DNA of 64,000 nucleotides. It comes from an uncultured Lachnospiraceae bacterium (GTDB lineage Bacteria > Bacillota > Clostridia > Lachnospirales > Lachnospiraceae). Shown here in pieces: positions 9,354-18,545 of this stretch (positions within the stretch are counted from its first letter, which is position 1; every line of letters begins with the position of its first letter). The stretch spans positions 12,666 through 76,665 of the forward strand of contig CACWHK010000004.1 in NCBI GenBank assembly GCA_902760755.1. The letters run 5' to 3'. The translations under genes were made by a program, and so were the position numbers. The notes under the pieces were generated by a model, which saw only the letters and a program-made list of their open reading frames with translations, had not been told where the DNA came from and searched no databases.

Positions 9354-9995
9354 ATGATCAAAGTGTTTTTTTACAATCTGGATAAGGAAGGCCTGGCTGC
9401 CAACTGGGATCGCTGTCTGGCGCAGCTTCCGGAATGGCGGCGGGAGAGTTGTCTTCGGATGAAGTTTGAGCAGGGGAGACTGCAGCAGCTGGCTGCAGGG
9501 CTCCTGCTTCGGCTTGCCCTCAGGGAGGAGGGCGTGGACCTGATGACGGCTGATATTACGAAGAATGAGCACGGAAAGCCCATGATGGAGGGGCTTTACT
9601 TCAACATTTCCCACTCCGGTGACTATATCGCTGTAGCGATAGCAGACTGCCCGGTGGGAATCGACGTGGAGATCAAAACCGATCCGGACCTGAAGATCAC
9701 GGAGCGCTTTTATTCCGAGGAGGAGCAGAGGGCGGTCCGGGATGCAGAGGACCCGCAGAAGGAGTTCCGCCGGCTTTGGACCCGGAAGGAAGCCTATGTG
9801 AAGTGCACCGGCACAGGCATCTACGATTCCGTGGCAAAGATCCCGTCTCTTGTGGAGCGAAGCGGTGACTATCGTATATTCACACTGCAGGAAGAGGAGG
9901 AATACACCCTCTCTCTGGCGGTTCGCTGTGGGGCAGATGCCGGAAGGATTGAGATTTCCCATGAAACCGTGGGACTTCCATTAAGTTTTCCTTGA
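9354..9995 (+). CDS. Sfp-type 4'-phosphopantetheinyl transferase
   Basis: GKP, FNISHSGD, VGIDVE, WTRKEAYVKCTGTG. Confidence 0.93.
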   Translation: MIKVFFYNLDKEGLAANWDRCLAQLPEWRRESCLRMKFEQGRLQQLAAGLLLRLALREEGVDLMTADITKNEHGKPMMEGLYFNISHSGDYIAVAIADCPVGIDVEIKTDPDLKITERFYSEEEQRAVRDAEDPQKEFRRLWTRKEAYVKCTGTGIYDSVAKIPSLVERSGDYRIFTLQEEEEYTLSLAVRCGADAGRIEISHETVGLPLSFP

Positions 9996-10019
9996 CATCG
10001 TGCATTTATTTGGTATAAT
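9992..10019 (+). promoter_or_regulatory. Consensus sigma-A promoter for tRNA-Arg
   Basis: TTGACA (9992-9997, overlapping the PPTase stop) and extended -10 TGGTATAAT (10011-10019). Confidence 0.8.
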
Positions 10020-10059
10020 AATATGCGTTGCAAAGATAGAAATGATTTGCAACAGGAAT

Positions 10060-10133
10060 GCGTGCTTAGCTCAGCTGGATAGAGCGTTTGGCTACGGACC
10101 AAAAGGTCGGGGGTTCGAATCCTCTAGCACGCA
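10060..10133 (+). tRNA. tRNA-Arg (anticodon ACG); CCA not encoded
   Basis: Cloverleaf: acceptor GCGTGCT/AGCACGC, D arm GCTC/GAGC, anticodon arm TTTGG-CTACGGA-CCAAA, T loop TTCGAAT. Confidence 0.97.
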
Positions 10134-10145
10134 CATCTTTTTTAA

Positions 10146-10218
10146 GTCGGGAACCCTTGTAAAATAAGGGCTCCCGCTTTTTTATGCGTATCGAAAAATG
10201 TGTTCACCTGTGTTCACC
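10146..10218 (+). other. Terminator-like hairpin plus tandem 10-mer after the tRNA (integration-end-like signature)
   Basis: GGGAACCCTTGTAAAATAAGGGCTCCC and T tract, then TGTGTTCACC x2 (10199-10218). Confidence 0.5.
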
Positions 10219-10329
10219 TACCTCGGGAACCCGCATAAACACTGGGGACCGTGCCCATCTGGTGTGGACCGATAATCTGCTGGACGGCTTTGAGGCACTG
10301 TAAGCACACATAGATATGGCACCACAGGC

Positions 10330-11079
10330 CTACTGCGGGCCGGTCAGGCTCTTTCGGAAATACTCCTTCTTGTAATCCCCCGGTGTGAGACCGGTATACT
10401 TATGGAACAGCTCCGTGAAGTAGCTCTGGCTCGGGAAGGAGAGGATGGATGCGATCTCAGCTGCGCGATAATCGGAGTACACCAGCATGTTCTTTGCAGT
10501 CTCTAACTTTTGCCGGCGGATGTATTCACTGATGGAGGTTCCAACCTCCTTCTTGAAGAGCCGTGACAGATAGCTTTCATTCAGGTGCACATGCTCCGCC
10601 AGATCATGCACCGTGATCCTGGCATGCAGATGATCATAGATATAGTCAATACACTGCGCGATCTGTATGGAACAGATCGCGTTTTTTCTCAGGTCCCGCA
10701 TCCGCTTTGCGTATTCCAGGCACATTTTCGGGTGCAGTCTGGAGATATCCTCCGTCCGAAGACACTTATCCGCCTTCTGGATGAAGTAGTCGCTGAGACC
10801 GTAGGCTGCAGGAAGCTCCATCCCGCCCTGGATGCAGTAGCGGGCAACGAGAGCAGTGGTGATGACAAAATGAAACTTCAGATTCTGAAGCGGATCATCC
10901 GAGAGTCTTCCGAGGCCGGGCTTATCCACAAGAGGGTCCTTGCAGAGCTCCTTTACACGCTCCACATCCCCTGCCTTGATGCTGTTGTAGAATTCAATCT
11001 CCGGATTGTAGGGAGCGCGTAAAAATTCATCCTCACGCTGCACAAATTCCCGGTAGAACAGTTCCTTTTCAAATTCCAT
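10330..11079 (-). CDS. AraC-family transcriptional regulator
   Basis: C-terminal double HTH (LAEHVHLNESYLSRLFKKEVG...FPSQSYFTELF); start placed at MEFEK; divergent from the GH16 gene. Confidence 0.9.
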   Translation of the reverse strand: MEFEKELFYREFVQREDEFLRAPYNPEIEFYNSIKAGDVERVKELCKDPLVDKPGLGRLSDDPLQNLKFHFVITTALVARYCIQGGMELPAAYGLSDYFIQKADKCLRTEDISRLHPKMCLEYAKRMRDLRKNAICSIQIAQCIDYIYDHLHARITVHDLAEHVHLNESYLSRLFKKEVGTSISEYIRRQKLETAKNMLVYSDYRAAEIASILSFPSQSYFTELFHKYTGLTPGDYKKEYFRKSLTGPQ

Positions 11080-11367
11080 AGCTAAATCCTCAAAAATTGT
11101 CCTGAAATTGCCTTCTTTTTGCCTTCTTATCGGTGGCAATGTTGCACGATACCATTTTGTGTTTGGATTGTTCGTTTTTTATATCAAAACACCTAATAAT
11201 CTATTGACTTTGGGCATGATTACCTAGCAATATCCACGCGTGAATTATTATAGCACAAAAACGACAAAAATTAAATGAAAAAGATATATTTACTAGTGCG
11301 TATTTTACTATACTCAAACTAGCTTATTTTGTTCGTCAAAAGCAATATTAGGAAAGGAGTCATAAGT

Positions 11368-14300
11368 ATGACGAAAGTGAGAAGAAGAGCAACGAAGAAG
11401 AGTCTTGCTTTCCTCATGTCTCTGTCCATGGTTGCACCGATGGCAGTACCGGCTATCCCGGCATTTGCAACAACAGCAGCTGAGGACGTTCCGGACGTGA
11501 TCGCCGGTAAGGGTTATTCACTGGTTTGGAACGATGAGTTTGAGGGAACGACGCTGAACACAGACGACTGGAACGTGGAGCTCCACGAGCCCGGATGGGT
11601 AAATGCCGAGCTGCAGACGTACACAAAGCTGGATGAGGGAAATATCGTAGTAAAGGACGGTGTTCTCTCGATCCTCCCGAAGGCTGAGAAGAAGGAAGGC
11701 GATGCCGGCTCGGCACAGGCTGTATCCGATGTTTTCGAAGGCAAAGGCTTTGAGGGCTGGGGCGGATCAGCAACCTCTGAAATCAAAGATGGCGCTGCTA
11801 CGGTAGTTGTCAGCAATGTTGGAGAAAACGCTTGGGACGTTCAGTTCCAGAAAGCCGGTCTTACCTTGATCGAGGGACATGATTATAAGCTGACAATGAA
11901 GGTGAGTGCCGCTGAATCCAGAGATATTCAGTTAAATATTACGGATTTGAGAGATTATAGTCCGTATAAGAATGAAATCTTTACGGTTGGACCGGAAGAA
12001 AAAGAATGCTCGATCGAGTTTACCATGGGTGAATGTGAAGCAGAAAAGGTTGCTGCTCAGATTAATCTTGGTAATTTTGGAGAAGGAAAGAGTGCTGCAA
12101 CAACGCTTGAGTTCTCTGACGTGGAATTGATCGATCTGACTGTTACTTCAAGTTCGTCAGGAAAGACGATTCTTGATGCTTTTGATAGCAGCTGGGACGG
12201 ATATGGTTTCGACAGCAAGTCTGTTGTTGACGGAACTGCAACGATTGTAGTCTCCGATGCAAAGGCAAACCCTTGGGACGTTCAGTTCCAGAAGGCTGGA
12301 ATGACACTGGTGGAAGGACATGATTATGTTCTGTCCATGAAGGCAAAATCCAACGTGGTTAAGAAGATTCAGTTGAATGCAACCAATACGACGAATTATG
12401 CGGCTGTGAAGAATGAAATCGTTACGGTTGGCACGGAAGAAACTGTATGCGAGCTTAAGTTTACTATGACCGATGTTCCGGCGGAAAAGCTGGCTCTTCA
12501 AGTGAATTTAGGCAAGATGGATGCTGAGGACGCTGATAGTGCAACGGTTGAACTCTACGATCTGTCGCTTGTCGATCTTTCCGACACAGGTTCTGTAGAC
12601 GTTAAGAAGGCTTACAATTACACCTCCGGCCGTGTGAATACACAGGGCAAGGAAGACTTCATCTATGGTTACTTCGAGGCGCGCGCACGCGTACCGGAAG
12701 GCCAGGGATATCTGCCGGCATTCTGGCTGATGGCATCTGATGAGGATAACTACGGTCAGTGGCCGAAGTGTGGTGAGGTTGATATCATGGAGGTTATGGG
12801 CCAGGATACTACAACATCCCACCATACGATCCATTATGGTTACGACGCAAACACAGGACACAGATCCGAGCAGCATTCCGTTACGATCCCCGAAGGCGAG
12901 AAGGATTACTATGAAGATTATCATACCTTCGGTCTTGAGTGGGAGCCCGGCAAGCTGACATGGTACGTGGATGGCAAGGTTGTCGGAACCTCCAATAAGT
13001 GGTTCACAGGCAAGGATGAGACAAGCAAGCTTACATATCCGGCTCCGTTCGATCAGGAATTCTATGTGATCCTGAATCTGGCAGTCGGTGGTAGCTGGGT
13101 TGGCTATCCGGATCAGGCAGCTGTTGATGACATGCCGAACCAGTCCTACGATATCGACTATGTACGTGTATACCAGAAGGATCCGGATGTATATGCGAAG
13201 GAAGAGGCTGCCTGCGTAGAGCCGGAAGAGACCTCGACCCGTCGTGAGCCTGACGCTTTCGGAAACTATGTTGTAAATGGTGATTTCGCAAATCAGCTTG
13301 TAGAAGACAGCTCCGCAGAAGATGGCTGGGAGCTTCACCTCGAGCCTGATAACAAGGAATCAATCGCACTCATCGGAGATAACGAGATCTGGATCGGGCA
13401 GGCAGTAGAAGGCACTGTTGATTACAGCTGCCAGCTTAAGCAGGCAAATGTTCCGATGGTTAAGGGCTATGAGTATGAGCTTTCCTTCGATGCATATGCT
13501 GACGAAGCAAGAGAAATGCTCGTATGTATTGAGGGTGACACCGACAACAACTGGGCTAGATATTTTGGTGATCAGAAAGTTACTTTATCGACAGAGAAGG
13601 AATCCTTCTCCTACAAGTTTACCATGGAAGAGAAGACGGACGAGACCTGCTGCCTCGAGTTCGCACTCGGCAACCAGAAGTCCACGGCTGGTGTATACAT
13701 CTCCAACGTTAAGCTGGTTCAGACCGGTGGTGAGGAGATCGTAGACGTATTCCAGAAGGAAGTAGCAGCTGACGGTAACTACATACTGAACGGATCCTTT
13801 GATCAGGGTGAAGGACGCCTTGGTTATTGGGAACTGGAAGACAATGACAAGAAGAGAGTATCCGTAACAAATGTACTGGTCGGTGACGAGAGAGTAAGAC
13901 AGGCCATGGTTGAGATCAAGGTTCCGAAGGTTCGTTCAACCCCGGTTCCGGTAATCCTCTCCCAGACAGAGCTTGCACCGATCGCTAAGGGAACCTATGA
14001 GTTCTCATTTGACGCTTATACAACCGATGGTTCCACGGACGGCATGTATGTGGTTCTCGGTGGTGAGACCTTCGAGCCGAAGCTGACTGAGAGAAACCAG
14101 ACCTTTACCTTTACATTCAAGAACAAGGAGAATCTCACAAGAGAGAATTCCAACATTTTCTTTATCGTAACCAAGCCGGGCACCTATTATCTTGACAATG
14201 TGGCAGTTCGCGAGACTGCTATGATCAAGAACGGTTCCTTCAACTCCGGCCTTGCAGGCTATGAGTACGGCGCATATCAGCCGGGCGATGCAACCTTCGG

Positions 14301-15357
14301 TGTTGATTCACAGAAGGCCGGAAATGACACGGCATTTGACGCTGACATCAAGGATGTCGGAACCGCTGACTGGAACGTACAGCTGAAGCAGCGTGGTATC
14401 CTTCTTGAGAAGGGGCATTTCTACAAACTGAGTTATCAGGCAAAGGCTACCCAGGATCGTACCATCAGTGTTGTTATGCAAAAAGACGGTTCCAAGGATG
14501 ATATCTGGGCTGTTTACACCGATGACAACAAGAACAGTCTGACAAGCAAGTGGCAGAATTTTGATCTCTTCTTCGAGATGAAGGATGACACGGATGATGA
14601 CGCACTCCTCAGTGTAAGTCTTGGTTACTTCGATGGTGATGTGATCGACGGCGTACATCATGTATATCTGGACAACTTCGTACTGGTTGAGACCGATGAG
14701 AACGGCAACCCGCTGGATGACGCAGAAGAGCCGCAGGCTGAGTGGAAGAAGGTTGACGGCAAGTGGTATTACTTTGACGAAGACGGCGAGATCGAGAAGA
14801 ACGCATACCGCGATGGCTATGCTCTGAATAAGAGCGGTGTTCGTACAGGCAAGAAGGTTCCGGGATGGAAGAAGGACAGCAAGGGCTGGTACTATGACCT
14901 CGGAAGCGGCAAGTATCTGAAGAACACATGGAAGATGATCGACGGTGACTGGTACTTCTTCGCAGCTAACGGCTACATGGCTTCCTACGAGTGGCGTAAG
15001 GGCTACTGGCTGAACAAGGACGGAACTCAGACCTATGACGGTGTAGCTTCCTGGTACCAGGATAAGCTCGAATGGGCTTACGGCGATTCCAACGGCTGGG
15101 TAGCTAGCAATCAGTGGGAGAAGATCGACGGCAAGTGGTACTACTTCAACGAGGCAGGCTTCCTTGCAACCGAGCAGTTTATCGACGGCTGGTGGGTAGG
15201 AAAGAACGGAGCTCAGACCTACAAGTTTAAGGCAACCTGGCGTAAGGATGCTAACGGCTGGTGGTTTGGCGACAAGTCCGGTTGGTATGCAAAGGGCGAG
15301 ACCCTCGTGATCGATGGTGTTGAGTATACCTTTGGTGCTGACGGCTATGTGAAGTAA
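11368..15357 (+). CDS. Secreted multidomain GH16 beta-1,3(4)-glucanase with about 5 CBM4-like modules and Trp-rich cell-wall-binding repeats
   Basis: Signal peptide; LVWNDEF, YTSGRVNT, PAFWLM, WPKCGEVDIME (ExDxxE); CBM4 motifs (WDVQFQ, NGSF); C-terminal W-K-x-I-D-G-K-W-Y-Y-F repeats. Confidence 0.9.
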   Translation: MTKVRRRATKKSLAFLMSLSMVAPMAVPAIPAFATTAAEDVPDVIAGKGYSLVWNDEFEGTTLNTDDWNVELHEPGWVNAELQTYTKLDEGNIVVKDGVLSILPKAEKKEGDAGSAQAVSDVFEGKGFEGWGGSATSEIKDGAATVVVSNVGENAWDVQFQKAGLTLIEGHDYKLTMKVSAAESRDIQLNITDLRDYSPYKNEIFTVGPEEKECSIEFTMGECEAEKVAAQINLGNFGEGKSAATTLEFSDVELIDLTVTSSSSGKTILDAFDSSWDGYGFDSKSVVDGTATIVVSDAKANPWDVQFQKAGMTLVEGHDYVLSMKAKSNVVKKIQLNATNTTNYAAVKNEIVTVGTEETVCELKFTMTDVPAEKLALQVNLGKMDAEDADSATVELYDLSLVDLSDTGSVDVKKAYNYTSGRVNTQGKEDFIYGYFEARARVPEGQGYLPAFWLMASDEDNYGQWPKCGEVDIMEVMGQDTTTSHHTIHYGYDANTGHRSEQHSVTIPEGEKDYYEDYHTFGLEWEPGKLTWYVDGKVVGTSNKWFTGKDETSKLTYPAPFDQEFYVILNLAVGGSWVGYPDQAAVDDMPNQSYDIDYVRVYQKDPDVYAKEEAACVEPEETSTRREPDAFGNYVVNGDFANQLVEDSSAEDGWELHLEPDNKESIALIGDNEIWIGQAVEGTVDYSCQLKQANVPMVKGYEYELSFDAYADEAREMLVCIEGDTDNNWARYFGDQKVTLSTEKESFSYKFTMEEKTDETCCLEFALGNQKSTAGVYISNVKLVQTGGEEIVDVFQKEVAADGNYILNGSFDQGEGRLGYWELEDNDKKRVSVTNVLVGDERVRQAMVEIKVPKVRSTPVPVILSQTELAPIAKGTYEFSFDAYTTDGSTDGMYVVLGGETFEPKLTERNQTFTFTFKNKENLTRENSNIFFIVTKPGTYYLDNVAVRETAMIKNGSFNSGLAGYEYGAYQPGDATFGVDSQKAGNDTAFDADIKDVGTADWNVQLKQRGILLEKGHFYKLSYQAKATQDRTISVVMQKDGSKDDIWAVYTDDNKNSLTSKWQNFDLFFEMKDDTDDDALLSVSLGYFDGDVIDGVHHVYLDNFVLVETDENGNPLDDAEEPQAEWKKVDGKWYYFDEDGEIEKNAYRDGYALNKSGVRTGKKVPGWKKDSKGWYYDLGSGKYLKNTWKMIDGDWYFFAANGYMASYEWRKGYWLNKDGTQTYDGVASWYQDKLEWAYGDSNGWVASNQWEKIDGKWYYFNEAGFLATEQFIDGWWVGKNGAQTYKFKATWRKDANGWWFGDKSGWYAKGETLVIDGVEYTFGADGYVK

Positions 15358-15395
15358 TCACACTGCAGTGAAACGAACGTTTTGAATCTCATTTT

Positions 15396-15430
15396 GGGGC
15401 GGGACCCTTTGGGGCTCCCGCCCCTTTTTT
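15396..15430 (+). terminator. Intrinsic terminator after the GH16 gene
   Basis: GGGGCGGGA...TCCCGCCCC followed by TTTTTT. Confidence 0.8.
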
Positions 15431-15523
15431 GTGCTACTTATGACAAGGAAATGCTGGAATTTTTTCTTTAATACAGGCATAAAAAGTGCTATATTATAAA
15501 CAAATGTGTGGCGAGGCATAGCT

Positions 15524-16594
15524 ATGGGGTTTGTGAAACTGATCAACAAAGATGTGGTTTCCGAAAATGAGACGAAGCGAGGTATGGTATCCCTTCGGAT
15601 CCTGTATCTTGTTGTTTTTGTTGCCTTTTTGATCGACATGATCTTCGCGGGTGTGGATGTGCTGACCCATTATCCCTGGAGGGTTGTGATCTTCTCCCTG
15701 GCTATGATCCTGCTCTTTATCCAGACCTATTATGTGCGGACACAGGTCGCACTGGTTGGCTTCATCTTCCTGATCTTTAGCTGGAGCCTCTTCATGATCC
15801 CCTGCTTTGGCTGGAGCGCCGGCATGCAGAACTACTTTATCATCATTCTGATGCTCAGCTTCTTTGCAACCCACGGCAGTAAGGTGTTCAAGTTCTGCCT
15901 CGCATTTCTGGTGCTTCTGGCCAGGATCGTAACCATCTTTATCTTTGCGGGCATGCAGCCGGAGATCGAGATCAGCAATCTTACCAACAAGATGATCCAG
16001 ATCACCAATATTTCCGCGGTGTTCACATCCATCATCGTGATCTCCTACATCTTCAGCCGGGAGGAGAATGAAGCGGAAGGCAAGCTTATGGCCTTCAATG
16101 ACCGGCTGATGAAGCAGGCAAATATGGACCCCCTTACGGGTCTTTCGAACCGCCGGCGGGCCACGGAATATCTGGAGCTGGTGATCAAATCTCCGAGCTT
16201 TTATGCAGTCAGTCTGGCCATGGCGGATATTGACTTCTTCAAGAAGGTAAATGACACCTACGGCCATGATGCCGGGGATGAGGTGCTGAAGTTTGTGGCG
16301 GCCTCCATGAAGGAAATCTGCGGACAGCAGGATCTGGCAGCCCGCTGGGGAGGAGAGGAGTTCCTGCTGGTGTTCCCGGGTAAGAACGGGGATGAGACCC
16401 TGTCCATCCTGGAGAGCCTTCGCATGAAGATAAAGAACAGCGTGGTCCGGGTGAAGGATCAGGAGATCCGCGTGACCATGACCTTCGGCCTCACGGAATA
16501 TGATTATCAGGGAAATGTGGAGGATACCATCAAGGCTGCCGATAACAACCTCTACACCGGCAAGGCCAACGGACGGAATCAGGTAGTATTTTAG
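15524..16594 (+). CDS. Membrane-bound diguanylate cyclase
   Basis: About 6 TM helices; DPLTGLSNRR, DIDFFKKVNDTYGHDAGD, RWGGEEF. Confidence 0.92.
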   Translation: MGFVKLINKDVVSENETKRGMVSLRILYLVVFVAFLIDMIFAGVDVLTHYPWRVVIFSLAMILLFIQTYYVRTQVALVGFIFLIFSWSLFMIPCFGWSAGMQNYFIIILMLSFFATHGSKVFKFCLAFLVLLARIVTIFIFAGMQPEIEISNLTNKMIQITNISAVFTSIIVISYIFSREENEAEGKLMAFNDRLMKQANMDPLTGLSNRRRATEYLELVIKSPSFYAVSLAMADIDFFKKVNDTYGHDAGDEVLKFVAASMKEICGQQDLAARWGGEEFLLVFPGKNGDETLSILESLRMKIKNSVVRVKDQEIRVTMTFGLTEYDYQGNVEDTIKAADNNLYTGKANGRNQVVF

Positions 16595-16653
16595 GGACAG
16601 AGCAGACAGGTTTGACCGGCCTGCTCTGATTCTCACTTTGGGAGGATGCGCGT

Positions 16654-17520
16654 ATGAAGATCGCTCTGATCCAGTCGGAAATCGAATATGAGAACAAGGA
16701 AGAAAACCTTCGGAGAGCCGAGGCGGTTATCCGGGAGGAAGCATCCCTGGGTATGGACCTGATCCTTTTCCCGGAAATGAGCTTTACCGGTTTCTCCATG
16801 CGTGTGGAGAAGATCGGAGAGGAGGCCCGGGTGGTGGATTCCGAAGCCGGGATCGAGATCGAGGGCCGGACCCTGCAGCACCTACGTGAGCTGGCCGTAG
16901 CGTACCGGGTGGCCATCGGCTTTGGGTGGGTAGCGCTGCCACGGGATACGGAGAAGGAATCAACGGACACGGAAGTTGCCGCGGGTACGGCTGAAGAGGC
17001 TTCGGACACGCAGTCAGTCGGTCATAAGGCCGAAAACCGCTACACCATTCTGGACAAAACAGGACACATCATCAGCACCTTCACGAAGCTGCATCCCTTC
17101 TCCTACGCAGGGGAGGACCGTTTCTTCCGTGGGGGAGAGGGACCGTTGAAGTATACTGTCGCAGGGATCCCGTTTACTACCATGATCTGCTACGATCTTC
17201 GCTTTCCGGAGGAGTTTCGTGTGGTTGCACCGGATGTTCATGCAGCCTTGATCCCCGCCAACTGGCCGGCATCCCGGGCAGAGCACTGGAAGACGCTGCT
17301 TCGGGCACGGGCTATCGAGAATCAGATCTATATCTTCGCCGTAAACTGTGCCGGACATATGGCAGGGCAGTACTACTCCGGCGACAGCTGCATCATCCGC
17401 CCGGACGGACAGGTAGTGCAGTCCCTTACGGGGGAGGCGGGAGTGCTCCGCTATGAATTTAACGATGATACCGAGGACTTCCGGGCGAAGTTCCCGGTGC
17501 TGCAGGATATGAGACATTAA
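16654..17520 (+). CDS. Carbon-nitrogen hydrolase (nitrilase/omega-amidase family)
   Basis: E-K-C triad (LFPEM, KLHPF, ICYDLRFPE) and RARAIENQ. Confidence 0.9.
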   Translation: MKIALIQSEIEYENKEENLRRAEAVIREEASLGMDLILFPEMSFTGFSMRVEKIGEEARVVDSEAGIEIEGRTLQHLRELAVAYRVAIGFGWVALPRDTEKESTDTEVAAGTAEEASDTQSVGHKAENRYTILDKTGHIISTFTKLHPFSYAGEDRFFRGGEGPLKYTVAGIPFTTMICYDLRFPEEFRVVAPDVHAALIPANWPASRAEHWKTLLRARAIENQIYIFAVNCAGHMAGQYYSGDSCIIRPDGQVVQSLTGEAGVLRYEFNDDTEDFRAKFPVLQDMRH

Positions 17521-17521
17521 C

Positions 17522-17654
17522 CTGTCATTCTGAACCGCCACAGGCGGTGAAGGATCCATCCACTCGAACAGGATTCTTCGCTTCGCTCAGAATGACGCCC
17601 ATCTGTCATCCTGAACCGCCACAGGCGGTGAAGGATCCATCCACTCGAACAGGA
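17522..17654. repeat. REP/MITE-like repeat cluster
   Basis: 52-bp direct repeat (17522-17573 and 17603-17654, one mismatch) with an inverted arm GATTCTTCGCTTCGCTCAGAATGAC at 17572-17596. Confidence 0.8.
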
Positions 17655-17659
17655 AGAAT

Positions 17660-17836
17660 ATGGAAGAGAAAAACACCACCCTCGACGATGGCTCGAAGGA
17701 AGAAAAACTGCATAACGCCCGTCGCGGTTCCAACCGGTACTTCCTGCTGATGGTGGTGAACATCGTTGGCTTTATTCTCTATGCCCGTTTTATCAAAGGA
17801 AGAAAGAACTGGGAGAAAGGACGTGGGATCTGGTAA
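17660..17836 (+). CDS. Small 58-aa single-TM hypothetical protein
   Basis: Below the ORF-track size cutoff. MEEKNTTLDDGSKEEKLHNARRGSNRYFLLMVVNIVGFILYARFIKGRKNWEKGRGIW, with AGGAAG upstream. Confidence 0.45.
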   Translation: MEEKNTTLDDGSKEEKLHNARRGSNRYFLLMVVNIVGFILYARFIKGRKNWEKGRGIW

Positions 17837-17909
17837 AGCCGATTGATTCTGATCTATTATACGAAACCCTTCGTGATTGGATCGCGAAGACGAGGAAGGA
17901 GAAGAGGAA

Positions 17910-18278
17910 ATGACACTTCAGGAATTATATGCGGCAATTGACGGTGACTATGATCAGGCAATCCGGGTTCTCCGGGTGGAGAAGCTGGTGGATAAGCATA
18001 TCCGAAAGCTTACGGCCAACGGCGTGGTGGAAGGACTGATCGAAGCAGGAAACGGTATGGATGCGACGGAGCTTTTTGAAAAGGCCCATGCCATGAAGGG
18101 GGTCTGCGCGAATCTGGGACTCACCTCCCTTTCTGTGGCTGCTTCCGAGATCGCAGAGGAGTACCGTCCCGGAAATCCCCGCACCATGTCGGATGATGAG
18201 GTGAAGGCGCGGATCGCTGCCATTTCGGAAATGTATGCAAAAACGGCAGAAGGGATCCGCAGGTACGAAGAAAGCTAG
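17910..18278 (+). CDS. Stand-alone Hpt phosphotransfer protein
   Basis: [12 protein letters not shown] Hpt His motif; [15 protein letters not shown]-terminus; GAGG RBS. Confidence 0.88.
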   Translation: MTLQELYAAIDGDYDQAIRVLRVEKLVDKHIRKLTANGVVEGLIEAGNGMDATELFEKAHAMKGVCANLGLTSLSVAASEIAEEYRPGNPRTMSDDEVKARIAAISEMYAKTAEGIRRYEES

Positions 18279-18279
18279 A

Positions 18280-18308
18280 GATTCTTTGCCCTATGGGCTC
18301 AGGATGGC
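18280..18308. repeat. Degenerate right-hand REP-like arm
   Basis: GATTCTTTGCCCTATGGGCTCAGGATGGC resembles the 17572-17596 arm. Confidence 0.55.
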
Positions 18309-18496
18309 TTCGTACCATAGGTATCGAGCCGGATACGAAGACTATTCCGATCATTGCCATGACGGCCAACGTTTTTGATGAGGATGTGGAGCGGTCCCTG
18401 CAGGCCGGTATGAATGCACATCTCTCCAAGCCGGTGGAACCCGAGCGCCTGTATGAGACCATGGCACGGCTGATCCGGGAGCACTCGGAGCAGTAA
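18293..18496 (+). pseudogene. C-terminal remnant of a receiver domain (hybrid histidine kinase type)
   Basis: [30 protein letters not shown] is present, but the N-terminal half with the phospho-Asp is missing. Confidence 0.75.
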
Positions 18497-18545
18497 AGTT
18501 AAGACGAAAGATGCATGCCGGCGGCATGGCGGAGGAACCCCCTGT

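Noticed and set aside
17522-17654. Direct repeats as a CRISPR array
   Set aside because: Only two 52-bp units, the 'spacer' is itself an inverted arm, and there are no cas genes
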